Positions 11,801 to 24,470 of a stretch of DNA of 64,000 nucleotides are shown here, piece after piece (the stretch's first letter is position 1; each line of letters starts with the position of its first letter). The notes below the pieces were generated by a model that was given only the letters and a program-made list of their open reading frames with translations, had not been told where the DNA came from and did no database searches. The position numbers and the translations under genes are program-made. This DNA comes from Azolla caroliniana (taxonomy: Eukaryota > Plantae > Polypodiophyta): the NCBI GenBank assembly GCA_043228905.1, contig JBHGNT010000002.1, positions 24,676,001 to 24,740,000 on the forward strand. The letters are read 5' to 3'.

Positions 11801-14800
11801 GTGACACGTCAACAAAGAAAGATGTACGCACTTACGTGTGAAAGCACAAATTTACCAACCTCGTGATTTATGTACAATGAGCATGTATATGGTTGTTCTT
11901 AGTTAGTTCAATGTCCAAACAAAAGAAGATACTACGTGAATGAGATAGAAGAACATGGAAGAACTTAAGGATGTCCCTTTGTGGTTAAAATTGTGATCTC
12001 ATAATGTAGAAATGACAAAGATAAATTCGACAAATATGGAATCGAGATAACATATACATCTTAGTGAAAGCATCAAAGTAACAATGGCAAGATGATCTTT
12101 TGAAATGTCAATTCAATGGCATCATGCAGAGTATTCTTGACATATCATAACTCCAACTCTATGAGATCGTATAGGTGTTCTTGACCTATCATTTCACACT
12201 ACCAATGCAATTGGGATGTTAGTTTAAATAAGATAATTAGGTAATCATATAATGTGGCTATATTTTCTTGATTAGAAACAAATAACACATTACATAATAA
12301 GATACACATCTCCAACATTTTATATTAAGCATTAATGAAATGTATACATTTACGCACATATGATGATATGATGGTACATCATATGCAATAATACAACATT
12401 AAGGTTGCCTATTCACATCTAAATCATTTTCGTTCATGTCTTTGTTATATGAGACCATCCACAACTTAAACATTGTGATCAAGGGCAACATTAATAATAA
12501 CAAGAGAATACGACTAGAATGTGAAAAAATGCTTTAAATATAATCATATAAGAGACATTAAACATTGCCACATTATAGTTTATAAATTTATAGATTCACC
12601 ACGATAGCTTATTAAAAATTTGTAATCTATTATGGTTGCAAGTCTTAATTTGTAATCATTTTGAAAACTTTTTTAGAAGTGAATAAGAGGTTATTTCCCT
12701 TTGAAAGGTGAAATTTATAATTCGACGGATAAAACTCGAAAGCAATTGTTCAAATTCGAGGGACATTGTCTTAGTTTGAATGTGCACGCATATGAAAGAA
12801 AAGCTTCAACAATCATAGTTTAGTTTGATATTGACATTATGTTCACAACACCAAAGAGTGAAAATGATAACATTGTCCTTTTAAAAAGGCAGTGCCGATG
12901 ATAAATCCAAACCCATCGAACTTGAAATGTCTAATCAGAATACCTCAAATGACCTAGTAATCTTGAGAAAGCATGTCTTCAAGGCATAAGAGGAAGACAA
13001 CGACAACAAACTATTCAATAGACATAGATTCACAATCATAGGGCTCGGTAGGACTTCTCAATCACATAGTTATTAGTTACACGATGGTTTTTTCAAGATA
13101 TTGATCACATCTCAAGCATCAAGAATTGATGTAAAAAACATTGTGCACAAGAGATATCAGGATTCGCATGGATTTGGATTTTGACGCCTTGAAATTGCAT
13201 GGATAACAAACAGGGTAGATGACAAGTTACGATAAATGATAATAATAATAGAAAGGGAGTAGTAAATATCAAATTCTAGAGATGTGTACAGAAAGTATGG
13301 CATTTGTGTGAAGGGAAAGTAGATAAAAATGTGTAAGTTGAGACATTGTACTGCTATTGATGCAATGCTATACATGTTGGACACTATTCATGTTATTTGT
13401 CATAGAGCGGTCCGAATCGTGAATGTGTAAAAACTTCTTTTTACATTTTGCATTCAATTATGTGTGTATATAATTGAATGCATACTGCAAGTAAAACCAA
13501 AGATATCATGTGTTTCTATGAGTATGAATTGCACATCCATCAATGTGACCGTTATATAGCCTTTATCTGGCATCTAGATCTCTAAAACTAGGCATAGAAT
13601 CGGTGTCTTTGGAAGGTTTGTATTTTACTACCTATTCATTGTCCATTCTAAACAAGACCTCAAAGAAAACCTTTTCCGCAACCAATATAAAAGCCAATGT
13701 CAATTCCCCTTGTTATTGTTAAATCTAGGTTGGTCCTCATATGTGAGACCTCTCCCTATGAGTATTTCAGGGGAAATTGCTTTTATCTATTCTCTTGAGC
13801 CAAAGAATTTTAAGTTTTAGTTAAGTTAGAAGTATGTAAATGTAGTGTAAATACATGCATGTCTGTATGTATGATACATACATACATATAAATAGAGTTA
13901 TCCATATTTATTTATAAGATTATAAACATGCATATGTGAACATCTTTGTAAAATTTATAGCCACCAACAAAATAAGGGAAACTCAAAAATATTTGAGCAT
14001 TTAAAAATGTCGTGGATTTCATTCATAATGCCAAAATTTCATCTATTTAGCCAATTTATGCAATTACGTTGTTCCTTCGTGAGCACCACATCTTAATGTC
14101 TTTACATTTTGCATAATAGTGATGATGCTTACATTTTAAACCACAACTTCATTAATATAGTGCCACGTACAATCATTGGGTTCACAACCTCGACATTTAG
14201 TAGAAGTTATGCTCATACATTTTTGTGTGGAACTCATGTTTTTACATGGTTGAAGCTTGGGAAATGTTTTTGTGATAAATCTATAGATTGGTGTGTCTAA
14301 GTAACCTCCATTCATTTTGTTTTAATGAAGGTGCACGTGTTAAGAATAAGTAAGATAGATATGAGAACTATGTACATATTTTGAGGAGATCTCGTGATCA
14401 TGTTTAAGGCAATTAGCACATTTCAACATCGTGCCTCTCAAATAAGGCACATGCTCATTTGTATATGATAATAAAACAACATGGGAGTTTCAAAACATAA
14501 CAATACATTATAATATGTGAAATGATTTTGAGAATTATAGTAGCTCCAACATGACAATCATGCATGTATATTTAGGCATAGGGTCAATGTATAGCTCACA
14601 TCCATGTAGCCTAGGAATAATACTAGGGGCATGGGGGATGATTATAGATGGGATGGTTGAGAGAAGAGTACACTGTCATGTTGTGGTGGTGTAGTGTAAA
14701 ATCATCATTGTGGTATCAGAGCAATTTTGTTTTTTGTTTTTTGGAGAACTAGAGTTCATTTAGGGGAAAAAAGAGCATTGCTCTTTTTGTTTTATTGTGC

Positions 14801-15096
14801 TCAACTATGCTAAACATGGGTTTTCTCCACTGATTTCTACTGCTATTATAAATGTAATAGTTTGAGAACATTTATATATATATCATAGATAAGCCCTAAT
14901 AGAAATAAATGTTATTCTAGTTCTTGATCATGATCTACCAATACAAGCATCATATTCAAAAGATTAGGTTTGGCAAGCATCAAGTTATCACTGATGAGAA
15001 GGCCATTAATGACATAATAGTTCAAGAGTGTTGTTTACTAATATCTATGATCCGAGTTGAAGGAACTAGTTCATTCAACCATCACATGGATATGAT

Positions 15097-15313
15097 TGAT
15101 AGTGAGAAAAGGCCAAAAAGGTAATTTCTCACTATTAGTGCATAGGTATATAAGTCAATAGAAACGAGGGTTTTGTGTGCCCCCCAAAAACCCCAAAAAG
15201 TTGTTTTTGTCTTTTCTTCTTCTCTGTGTGTGCTGTCTTCTATGTGTGTGTTGTTCAACGTTTTTCTGCAGGGAAAACAACAGCTCGTCCGCTTCCATTA
15301 CTCCTCTCCAACA
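15097..15313 (+). repeat. 5' LTR of Copia A (217 bp)
   Basis: Matches 41967-42157 apart from two small indels and several substitutions; followed by the PBS. Confidence 0.95.
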
Positions 15314-15889
15314 GTGGTATCAGAGCGCAGGACTTCATGAAGACAGTGTGTGGCAGAAAGCATCCGACTTCCCTGTTTTTTACCCCTCTACGCAAGCTAT
15401 TTTTCAGGAACTCGTCGACAGAGGCAATATACAGTACTTGCTTCTGTTGGAAATCTTTTTTTGTGCCTATTTTTGGGGGAAATAGACCTTTTTTGAAATG
15501 TATCTTTGCTTCTCTAAACCTAGAAACAGAGAGGACTCACTGTTTCTAGTATACAAAAGAGAGGATTTACACATGAAATACTTGCATTTGGTTTTTTAAT
15601 GCTTGCTCACTTGATGTGAGATTGTGATGTTGGAAGTTGCGTCTTAGTTGCATTCCATTTGCCTTGGCTGATATAAGAGTGAGGTGTTGTTCTTAGGCGA
15701 ACACACATACCTACCCTAGAACACAGTGATAGTTGTACTTGAGACCAGGTAGTGAGTAGCGTCTCAACTATCATTAGGTGCTTAGATTTGGAATCGACTA
15801 AGCTTACTTACTACCCAATGGCCTTTGAAATGTCTGCGGTTTCAACTACCTCACGCGGTGGTTCCTTTAATTCCCATAGAAATGACTCT

Positions 15890-16294
15890 ATGAGTGGAAA
15901 AGACCACCTTGAGATCCGTAAATTTGACGGATCCAACTTTGCCTTGTGGAAGAATCAGATGAGAGATGTTCTGATTCAAAAAAGGCAATTAAGACCATTA
16001 AGTGGTGAAGCCAAGAGACCTGAGGGCATGACCAAGGACGATGGGAAGAGCTCGATCTCTTGGCAATGTCTACCATAAGATTGCACCTAGCTGACAACGT
16101 GTATTTCATGGTCTTGGACTGTGACTCAGCTGAAATGCTATGGACTAAACTATGCAATGCATACGAAAAAGAGACCACATCAAACAAAGTTTATCTAATG
16201 AGAAAACTTTGAAGAGGAAAACTTTATGATCTTCAAATGAAGGACAATGATAGTGTCGCCTCTCATTTGAATGATTTTGATGCATTATGGTCAC
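15890..16294 (+). pseudogene. Copia A gag, N-terminal part (frameshifted, interrupted by the TIR element)
   Basis: EIRKFDGSNFALWKNQMRDVL motif; the reading resumes at 20333 as W-S-Q-L-Q-A-Q once the insert is removed. Confidence 0.9.
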
Positions 16295-19200
16295 AACACC
16301 GGGTCATTTGAAACAGGTAATATGTCGCATTCTCTTTTTCATATCTTAGTGAGATGTTAAAAAATGCCTTATTTAAGCAGAATTTCAACAAGGCACGACG
16401 CATGTGTATGTGGTTTATGAAAACATAGCGAAAAAAAGAACTAACTAATATCACGTCAACAAAATCATCCGATGTATATTCTATCTACCATGTTTTTGTC
16501 CAAATCTTAGACAGGGGTGTATTTGTCAACACAAGTATAATAGTAACACGGGTCCTTGTGCATATTCTAAAAAGCATGCCCCATTGAATAAGTGACTTCT
16601 TCTAATTATGTGTGTATATTTAAATATAATACATCTTAAAGCAAATTATGAACCTTGCAATTAAGAGATACTACTATGTCAAGAGAAAATTCCCATTGAC
16701 ATGTGATACATGACACTGTCAACGTATAAATAAACTAGTCTACAATAACATTCCAATCATACGAGTAAATGATAGAGTATAAACTTATCTCCGATATACC
16801 CCAAATGATAAAGGAGAGTTTAGATAACATGTACACATACAAGTATACTTAATTTCTAAGTTCAATGATTGTTACACGAAAATTATAAGTAAGCTCAACT
16901 TATATATTACGTCAAAATTTAACAATTCATATTGTTCAAAATTTACAATAAGCCATAACCATTCAATCGAATAATAAGTCTGGTAAAGCCGTCTACTCAG
17001 GATTAGCTCTTTCATCAGGATTGTCCTCATTGGCTTCGTCAGTACGCTAAGTTGAATTGTTAGTATGTTCAGACTCTGAAACTTCTTCTAATTCAACAAG
17101 TTGCCCTGCGTCTTCATCTATAGTTCCACAAGTTTTCTAAAAGTCATCTGGAACATCTAAGTTTTATTGATATGCTTTGCCCCAACTTCTTGGTCTTGAT
17201 CAGGACAACCCCAGATACCTTGGATCCTCATTTTGATGACATTAATTGCTCAAGGTCCTTCTCTAATGCAACAGAGTTCCTGATAATCTTTAAGGCGTAT
17301 GTTTTAGTAGTACATGACAGTAGAATGAAATTGCACAGGTAACATCAAACTGAAGAATAGAATATAACGTTAATCTAAATTGATGTAAGTTTTATATTAT
17401 ATACCTGTGTCAGAAAACTAATCTAAAACCCATTGAAAATTTGAAACAATAAAATTTGAAAAAATAAAAAATCTTGGATTTTTAATTGGAATCCAATGCG
17501 ATGCACTAGATTTCAGTTGAAAATCCAAGTTTTTTTTTTTTTTTTGTAATTTTAAAATTTTTTTCCATTAAAAAATAAAAAATGGATTTTCAGCTAAAAT
17601 ACTATGCACTACATTATATTTTAGTATATATAGCTAGAATCTAATGCAATGCGTTGGATTAGAGTCGAAAATCCTTTTTTCTTTTTTCTTTTTCCAATGT
17701 TATTTATTTATTTATTTTCCATATAAAAAAATAATAAACGGCTTTTCAACTGAAATCCGATACACTACATCAGATCGTAGTCTATACAGCTAGACATTGA
17801 TGCATTGCATCAGATTTTAGCTAGCAATCCTCTTTCTTTTCAATTGTTTTTCATTTTTTCAAAAAATAAATAAAAATATATTAAAAAAGTGGATTTCCAA
17901 TTGAAATCTAATGCACTACATCGAATTTCAATTAAAAATCCAAATTTCTTTTAGGTTTTTCATAAAACAATGAGATAATAAAAAAATATTACATTTTCAA
18001 CAAAATATGAACCATTTAGTCGGATTTCAATTGCAAATTAATGTTTTATGAAAAAACATAAGAAAAATATTGGACTTTCAACGGAAATCCGATGCACTAC
18101 ATCGGATTTCTGTTGAAACTTAGTGATTTTGAACGGAAATCCGATGCAGTGCATCGGATTTCCATTGAAAATCTTGTTGAAAATGATCTGTTTTCAACGG
18201 GAATCCGATGCACTGCATCGGATTCCCGTTGAAAACACATCATTTTAAATGGAGAAAATCACAATTTGTTTATTTTTAACACTTTTTTAGAGAAAAATAT
18301 AAACAAATAAGAAAATTTGTAAACAAACAAGAAAAAGTGGACTTTCAATGGAAATCCGATGCAGTGCATCGGATTTCCGTTGAAAATCCATTTTTTTCAA
18401 TTCCTATATATTTATTTATGATAAAAACAAAAACAATTCAAAACAAATGCAAAAACAAATTCAAAATATCTGAAAAATTGGAAACAAATAAGACAAAATG
18501 GATTTTCAATAGAAATCCGATGTAGTGCATCGGATTTCTGTTGAAAACCCATTTTTTGCAATTTTTATTTATTTATTTATGGGAAAAAATGAAAACAAAT
18601 TTAAAAAATACAAAAAATATTTTAAAATATGAAAATTTGGTAACAAATAGCAAAAAGTGGACTTTCAATAGAAATCCGATGCAATGCATCGGATTTCCTT
18701 TGAAAATTCATTTTTTCAATTTCTATATAGTTATTTATGAGAAAATAGACAAACAAAATACCAAAACAATTCTAAAAAATATGAAAATTTGGATTGAAAA
18801 TCTATTTTTTCAATATTTATTTATTTTTTATAGAAAAAATTCAAAAAAATTCAAAATTTTTTTAAAAAAAAGCAAATTTGGAAAAAAATACGTAAAAGTG
18901 GACTTTCAACCAAAATCCGATGCAGTGCATCGGATTTCCTTTGAAAATCCATTTTTTCAATATTTATTTATTTTTTTATGGGAAAAATTCAAAAAAATTC
19001 AAAAAAATTCAAAAAAAAAAAAAAGAAAATTTGGAAAAACATACGTAAAAGTGGACTTTCAACCAAAATCCGATGCAGTGCATCGGATTTCCGTTGAAAA
19101 TCCATTTTTTCAATTTTTATTTATTTTTTTATGGGAAAAATAAAAACAAATTCAAAAACAATTCAAAAAATAAGAAAATTTTCAAAAAAATAAGAGAAAT

Positions 19201-20332
19201 TGGATTTTCAATTGAATCTGATGCACGGAATTGGATTTCCATTGAAATCTAATTTTTCAATTTTTATTTATTTATTTACGAGTAAAATAAAAAATGTTTA
19301 TTTATTTATTTATGGGAAAATGTTTTATTTTTTCAATTTGTATTTATTTATGTATTTTCGGGAAATCCATGCAATGTATCATATTTTAGTCTATGTAGCT
19401 AGAATTCAATGCAATGCATTAAAATGGAAGAGTATTTTTTTAATGGAAATTTTTTAAAAAATTCCAAGACTTACAGGAATCTGATGCATTATATCCAATT
19501 CTAGATGTATAGAGTAAAAGTCGACATGTTGCGTCAAATCTAGATGGAATGAATCGGATTTCTGTACGACATCAAAGGCTTACTATGAGAATCTAAGAAA
19601 AATGGAAAACATCTTTAAGACATTTTTTAGATTCTAATGATTTTGGTAGAAAGCTTCTCTCACATAATCTAATCTTGTAAATGGAAAGTACATAATGAAA
19701 TATCATAACCAAAAAGTGAGGAGGAAAGATGCATCAAGCACATCTACTCTTACATTGGATAATGTTTATATATTAGTGTATGACTTATCTTTGACCAAAA
19801 CAAGTTATTTGTGATAGACCACAATGAAGATACTAAAAGAGGATCTGGAATGTGGCTTCAGACACAACACAAAGACAAACAAGAAGGATGACTCATAAAC
19901 TCGATGAGGTTGGATTGCAATTGGATCAACACAATGCATTAGTTGCCATTGATGATGAGGATGAGACCTCATAAACTCGTACTAGTTCATCTAATGGGTA
20001 TGAAGATGATGACATAAACTTGAAAAATGATTGTCCTGATACGTTAACTATAAATATTGTATTGCACATCAAGATTTGGATTCAGAATTTCTATAAATAT
20101 TGGGGTTAGTCATTTTGGACATTCATTTGTAAGTTTGGCATGTCCATTATTTAGGCATTTTTTTGAACACCTAAATTTCCGTACATGTTAAAAATCAATA
20201 TATTTTTGGGTCATTTTTAAAATTCCTTTACGCATGCGGCACCCCTTTTTGTGAATCACCCTAATTTGTGTCATTTTTTGATGGAAAGTTCTCAAAATGC
20301 GACATATTACCTGTTTCAAATGTCCCGGTGTT
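16295..20332. mobile_element. Non-autonomous or decayed TIR DNA transposon (4038 bp), superfamily unassigned
   Basis: 37-bp TIRs aacaccgggtcatttgaaacaggtaatatgtcgcatt (16295-16331) and its reverse complement (20296-20332) with one mismatch; TCAC duplicated at 16291-16294 and 20333-20336; removal restores the gag frame of Copia A. Confidence 0.92.
17473..19565. repeat. Array of about 17 palindromic units (about 50 bp, core GAAATCCGATGCA-N-TGCATCGGATTTC) separated by A/T-rich spacers
   Basis: Units near 17473, 17583, 17740, 17890, 18071, 18126, 18189, 18338, 18499, 18658, 18899, 19052, 19201 plus degenerate ones; perfect 24-bp arms with a 1-nt centre at 18189-18237; period about 150-160 bp in the right half. 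Confidence 0.93.
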
Positions 20333-23300
20333 TCACAATTACAGGCTCAGAAAATGATTATGGATGATGAGTTGAAATGTGTATTTTTGTTATGCACTTT
20401 GCCTAGCTCATGGGACACCTTTTGCATCGCTATTAGTGCTAGTGCACCAAATGGGAAATTAGTCTATAATGACATATGTGGAGCACTTTTGGGTGAAAAA
20501 ATTTGTAGGAAATCTGTGATTGCATCACATAATGGAGATGCATATAATGTTTCTGATGTTGATCCTCGCAAGAACCAACACCGTGGTAGGAGCCAAACAA
20601 GAAATAGTAGTGGAAACGAACATCTTGGTCTTAGATGATGTTAGCACACATGTTGGGGTGAACACGGTCTTTTCTCCATCGCATACGTGGTTGTTGGACT
20701 CCGGTGCATCATTTCATGTGACTCCACATAGAGAGTGGTTCACATGTTATGAAGCCAAGTCACTTGGGAAAGTTAGAATTGGAGACTCACATCAGTGTGA
20801 TGTGATTGGCATTGGAGATATCTCAATGCATTTTAGTGATGGTTCTCATCTCACCATTAAAGATGTACGCCATGTTCCTCAACTAACTCGTAGTTTGATT
20901 TCCGTTGGTCAGCGTGATGACAACGGATATAAGGTGATATTTGCTTCTCAATCCTTTCGTATAACGAAAGGAAATATGATTGTTGCAAAAGGGAACAAAG
21001 TTGGTTCCCTCTACCCTTTATTTGTTCATAAAAAAGAATACTTGTTGGCTGTCACAAACCTGCCAATGACGAGCATTTGGCATGGTCGTTTAGGCCACAT
21101 GTCAAGAAATGGCATGTAAATCCTATCTCGTTATGGCCACTTACCTAAGTGGTCATTCTCTGATTTTGCTTTATGTGAACATTGTCAACATGGTAAGCAA
21201 ACCAGAAGTGCACATAAGACCAGTGTTAACTCATCCACTAAACCATTGGATCTTGTCCACACGGATGTTTGTGGACCTATGCCCACAAGATCTTTGGGTG
21301 GTGCACTATATTTTGTTACCTTCATTGATGATGCCACTAGGAATGTTTGGGCTTATCCGATTAAGGGAAAGGATGATGTATACCCTACTTTCAAAAAATG
21401 GCTTAGTTCGATTGAGCTGGAAAAAGACATAAAGCTTAAGGCTTTATGTTTCGACAATGGAGGTGAGTATACCTCTCACGAATTTGGTGACTTTTGTAAG
21501 TCTAGAGGCATTCGGAGAGAGTTTACAACCCCTTACACCCCCGGCCAAAATGGTGTGGCTGAGAGGATGAATAGAACCATCTAGGACAGAGTTGTCTCGA
21601 TGCTACACCATGCAAACCTCTCACAAGGTTTTTGGGCAAAAGCTGTTTTAACAGCAGTCCATGTGATTAATCTATCACCAAACACAACCATAGGTCTAAA
21701 AGTGGCACAAGAGTTGTGGACATGCAAGACAACTCATTATGCTCATCTTAGAGTTTTTGGATGCGAAGCATATGTACACATTCCAAAAACTTTAAGAAAG
21801 AAATTGGACTATAAATGTAGAAAATGTATATTCCTTGGTTACGGAATTGATGGGCAGTTTGGATATCTCTTATGGGACCTTCACATATGTATTGTGGTCA
21901 GAAGTAGAGATGTTGTTTTTGATGAGGAAAAAATGAAGTGAGAAAGGTTGCGTTTAAAGATATTACGTCTTCTGCTGATGTAAAACATAAAAATCTTTTT
22001 GATGTAGATGCTTCTACATGTGGGCAGTCACGAAAAACTGTTACTAGTCAGAATGATGATGCTCAGCACAATGATGTGCAAAATAATGATTTTCAGCAAG
22101 AATATGCTCAGAATGATGTTTCTCATGCACAACCTGAGGGTATTCAGGTTCATGAATCATTGAGGAGATCCACGCGTGTCTCCAAAGCACCTAGTAAGTT
22201 TGCTGATTATGTAACGCTAATAGATGCCAATGAGCTTTCATGTTACAATGAAGCCATATCTATTCATGATCATGCTAAATGGAAACAAGCGATGCAAAAT
22301 GAGTTGGACAATATCCATAAGAATGGAACTTGGGATTTAGTGCCTTTGCCAAAAGGTAGGAAAACACTATCGTGTAAATGGGTGTATAAATACAAATACA
22401 CATATGATAGTGTTCATCCCAAGTATAAAGCTCGCATTGTGGCAAAAGGTTTTAAACAAGAACAAAGAGTCGATTTTGTTGAAATCTTCTCTCCGGTAGT
22501 CAAGATGACTACATTACGCATGATGCTTGCATTGGTTGCCAAGAATGATCTTGATTTATTTCAAATGGATGTAAAAACTGCTTTTTTGCATGGAGATCTC
22601 AATGAAGAGATCTATATGGAGCAACCAAAGGGCTTTCAAGTTTATGGGAAAATGCCTTTGGTATGTAAACTTAAGAAAAGTTTATATGGTCTTAAGCAAT
22701 CACCGCGAAAATGGTATAAAAAATTCGATGCTTTTATGAGGTCCCAAAGTTATGCTAGGAGTAATGAAGATTCATGCTTATACACGAAGAAATGTATAGA
22801 TGACTCATATGTGATTTTGATACTCTATGTAGATGACATGCTCATTGCCGGTAAGAACAAGGATGAGTTGTCCAAACTAAAGAAAAATCTGAGTCAAACC
22901 TTCGATATGAAAGATTTGGGAAATGCTAAACACATCCTTGGAATGCGTATTACTCGGTATAGGAGTAATGGATGTATTTATTTGTCTCAATCTGAGTATG
23001 TATGCAAAATACTCAAGAGGTTTAATATGGAGAATGCAAAGCCTTTGAGCACTCCATTATCTATGCATGTTAAACTAAGTAAAGATGAATGCCCAAAATT
23101 TGATCATGAAAAGGAGTTCATGAGTAAAATTCCTTACCAATCAACTATTGGTAGTCTTATGTACGCTATGATAGCGACCGTGCTAGACATTGCTTTTGAA
23201 GTGGGAGCTGTGAGCAGATTTTTGTCAAATCCTGGTAAGAAACATTGGGAGGCAGTTAAACTGATATAAAGATATCTGTGTGGCACTAAGAATAGGTGTC

Positions 23301-23538
23301 TATGTTTAGGTGGCGGAAATGTATCCATCATTAGATATACAGACTTTGATTATGTTGGCTGTTTTGACAGCAGAAAATCCACTTCAGGGTACATTTTTCA
23401 GTTTATGGGAGGTGCCATATCTTGGAGATCTCGTCTCCAAGAATGTAATGCTCTGTCCACTACAGAAGTAGAGTATGTTGCACCTAGTGAAGCATGTAAG
23501 GAAGCCGTATGGCTCTCCAGATTAGCTAGTGACATGGG
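20333..23538 (+). pseudogene. Copia A gag-pol, central part (PR, IN, RT, start of RNase H), with multiple stops and frameshifts
   Basis: WLLDSGASFH (protease), WHGRLGH, LVHTDVCGP...NGVAERMNRTI (integrase), QMDVKTAFLHG and LYVDDML (RT), ALSTTEVEY (RNase H). Confidence 0.95.
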
Positions 23539-23972
23539 TGTGAATGTTAATGTGCGGAAGCATCAGACAGAACTGGCTCAGCCGGATAGCAACAGAAAAT
23601 GAGATGAAGGTTTAATGGAAAAGCTTCAAACACAGAGGAGACAGAGAGAGCAGAACATAAAACTATATTAAAAAATTAACTCTAAAACTCTGTTCATACA
23701 ACTTGCTAAACAACACTATTTATATAAGTCCATAAAGGACTGAGAGAAGTACTGACAGGTACTTCAATGCTCACACGTGCGACTGACACTAACTATGAGA
23801 CAATGATTACCTAGTAGTCTAGGCTACTACTAGGCTTCCGGTTCCCGCTCGAATTCGGCTCTCCGATCCAGCTGATTGTTTCTGGATACCGATCTGGCTC
23901 ATCCTTCCGGATGCCGATCCGGCTCAGGCTTATTTAGCCGATTCGGATCCGGTTGAGCTTGCTCGCTCAACA
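23539..23972 (-). repeat. 3' LTR of Copia B (434 bp)
   Basis: TG...CA ends; homologous to 40429-40543 plus 41304-41610. Confidence 0.95.
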
Positions 23973-24470
23973 CTCCCCCTCAAGCTCAACTTGAGGTCGG
24001 ATCGTGGTGTTAGTGTCTGCGGTAGTCGGTTCTTCTACTCGGCTCCTTCTGGCGTTGCTCCACCTTGCTGGCGTTCCTCGTCCGGTTCGGTCTTGTTTGC
24101 CGCGACCCTTCTGGTTCTGCGCACCTCGACCTCCTCGGTTGGCTTGTCTGATCAACAGGCCCATTTTAGCTCCCTCGCTGCTGCGACTCCGACGCTTGTC
24201 GACCAGTCGGTTCCTTCGTGTCCGCTTGGCCTTTAGTTGATCCAGCTTCTTCGAATCTTGAACTGAATCGGTTTCCTTCGATTCATTCCAGCTCTTGTCC
24301 GAGTCGGTGTTCTCCAACTCGTCTTCCGGTTTCAAGCCCTTCACCACACTGGACCACGTCCGGGTCTTGGCCGTTTTCTTCCGGTCAGTCGGCTCGACTT
24401 CCTTTTTCCTCTTGTCTCCCCCTTTGTTGGTTCTTTCTTCCTCTCCGGCTCCTTGTCTGGTGCATTCTGT

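Noticed and set aside
12780-13220. Possible decayed DNA-transposase fragment
   Set aside because: Purine-rich, coding-like composition, but no motif I can identify with confidence.
18337-19457. ORF-track proteins of 62-200 aa (K/F/I/N-rich)
   Set aside because: They are translations of the palindrome array and its A/T spacers.
17473-19565. CRISPR-like repeat-spacer array
   Set aside because: The spacers are low-complexity A/T tracts homologous to each other rather than unique, units vary in sequence and spacing, there are no cas genes, and the context is a eukaryotic TE.
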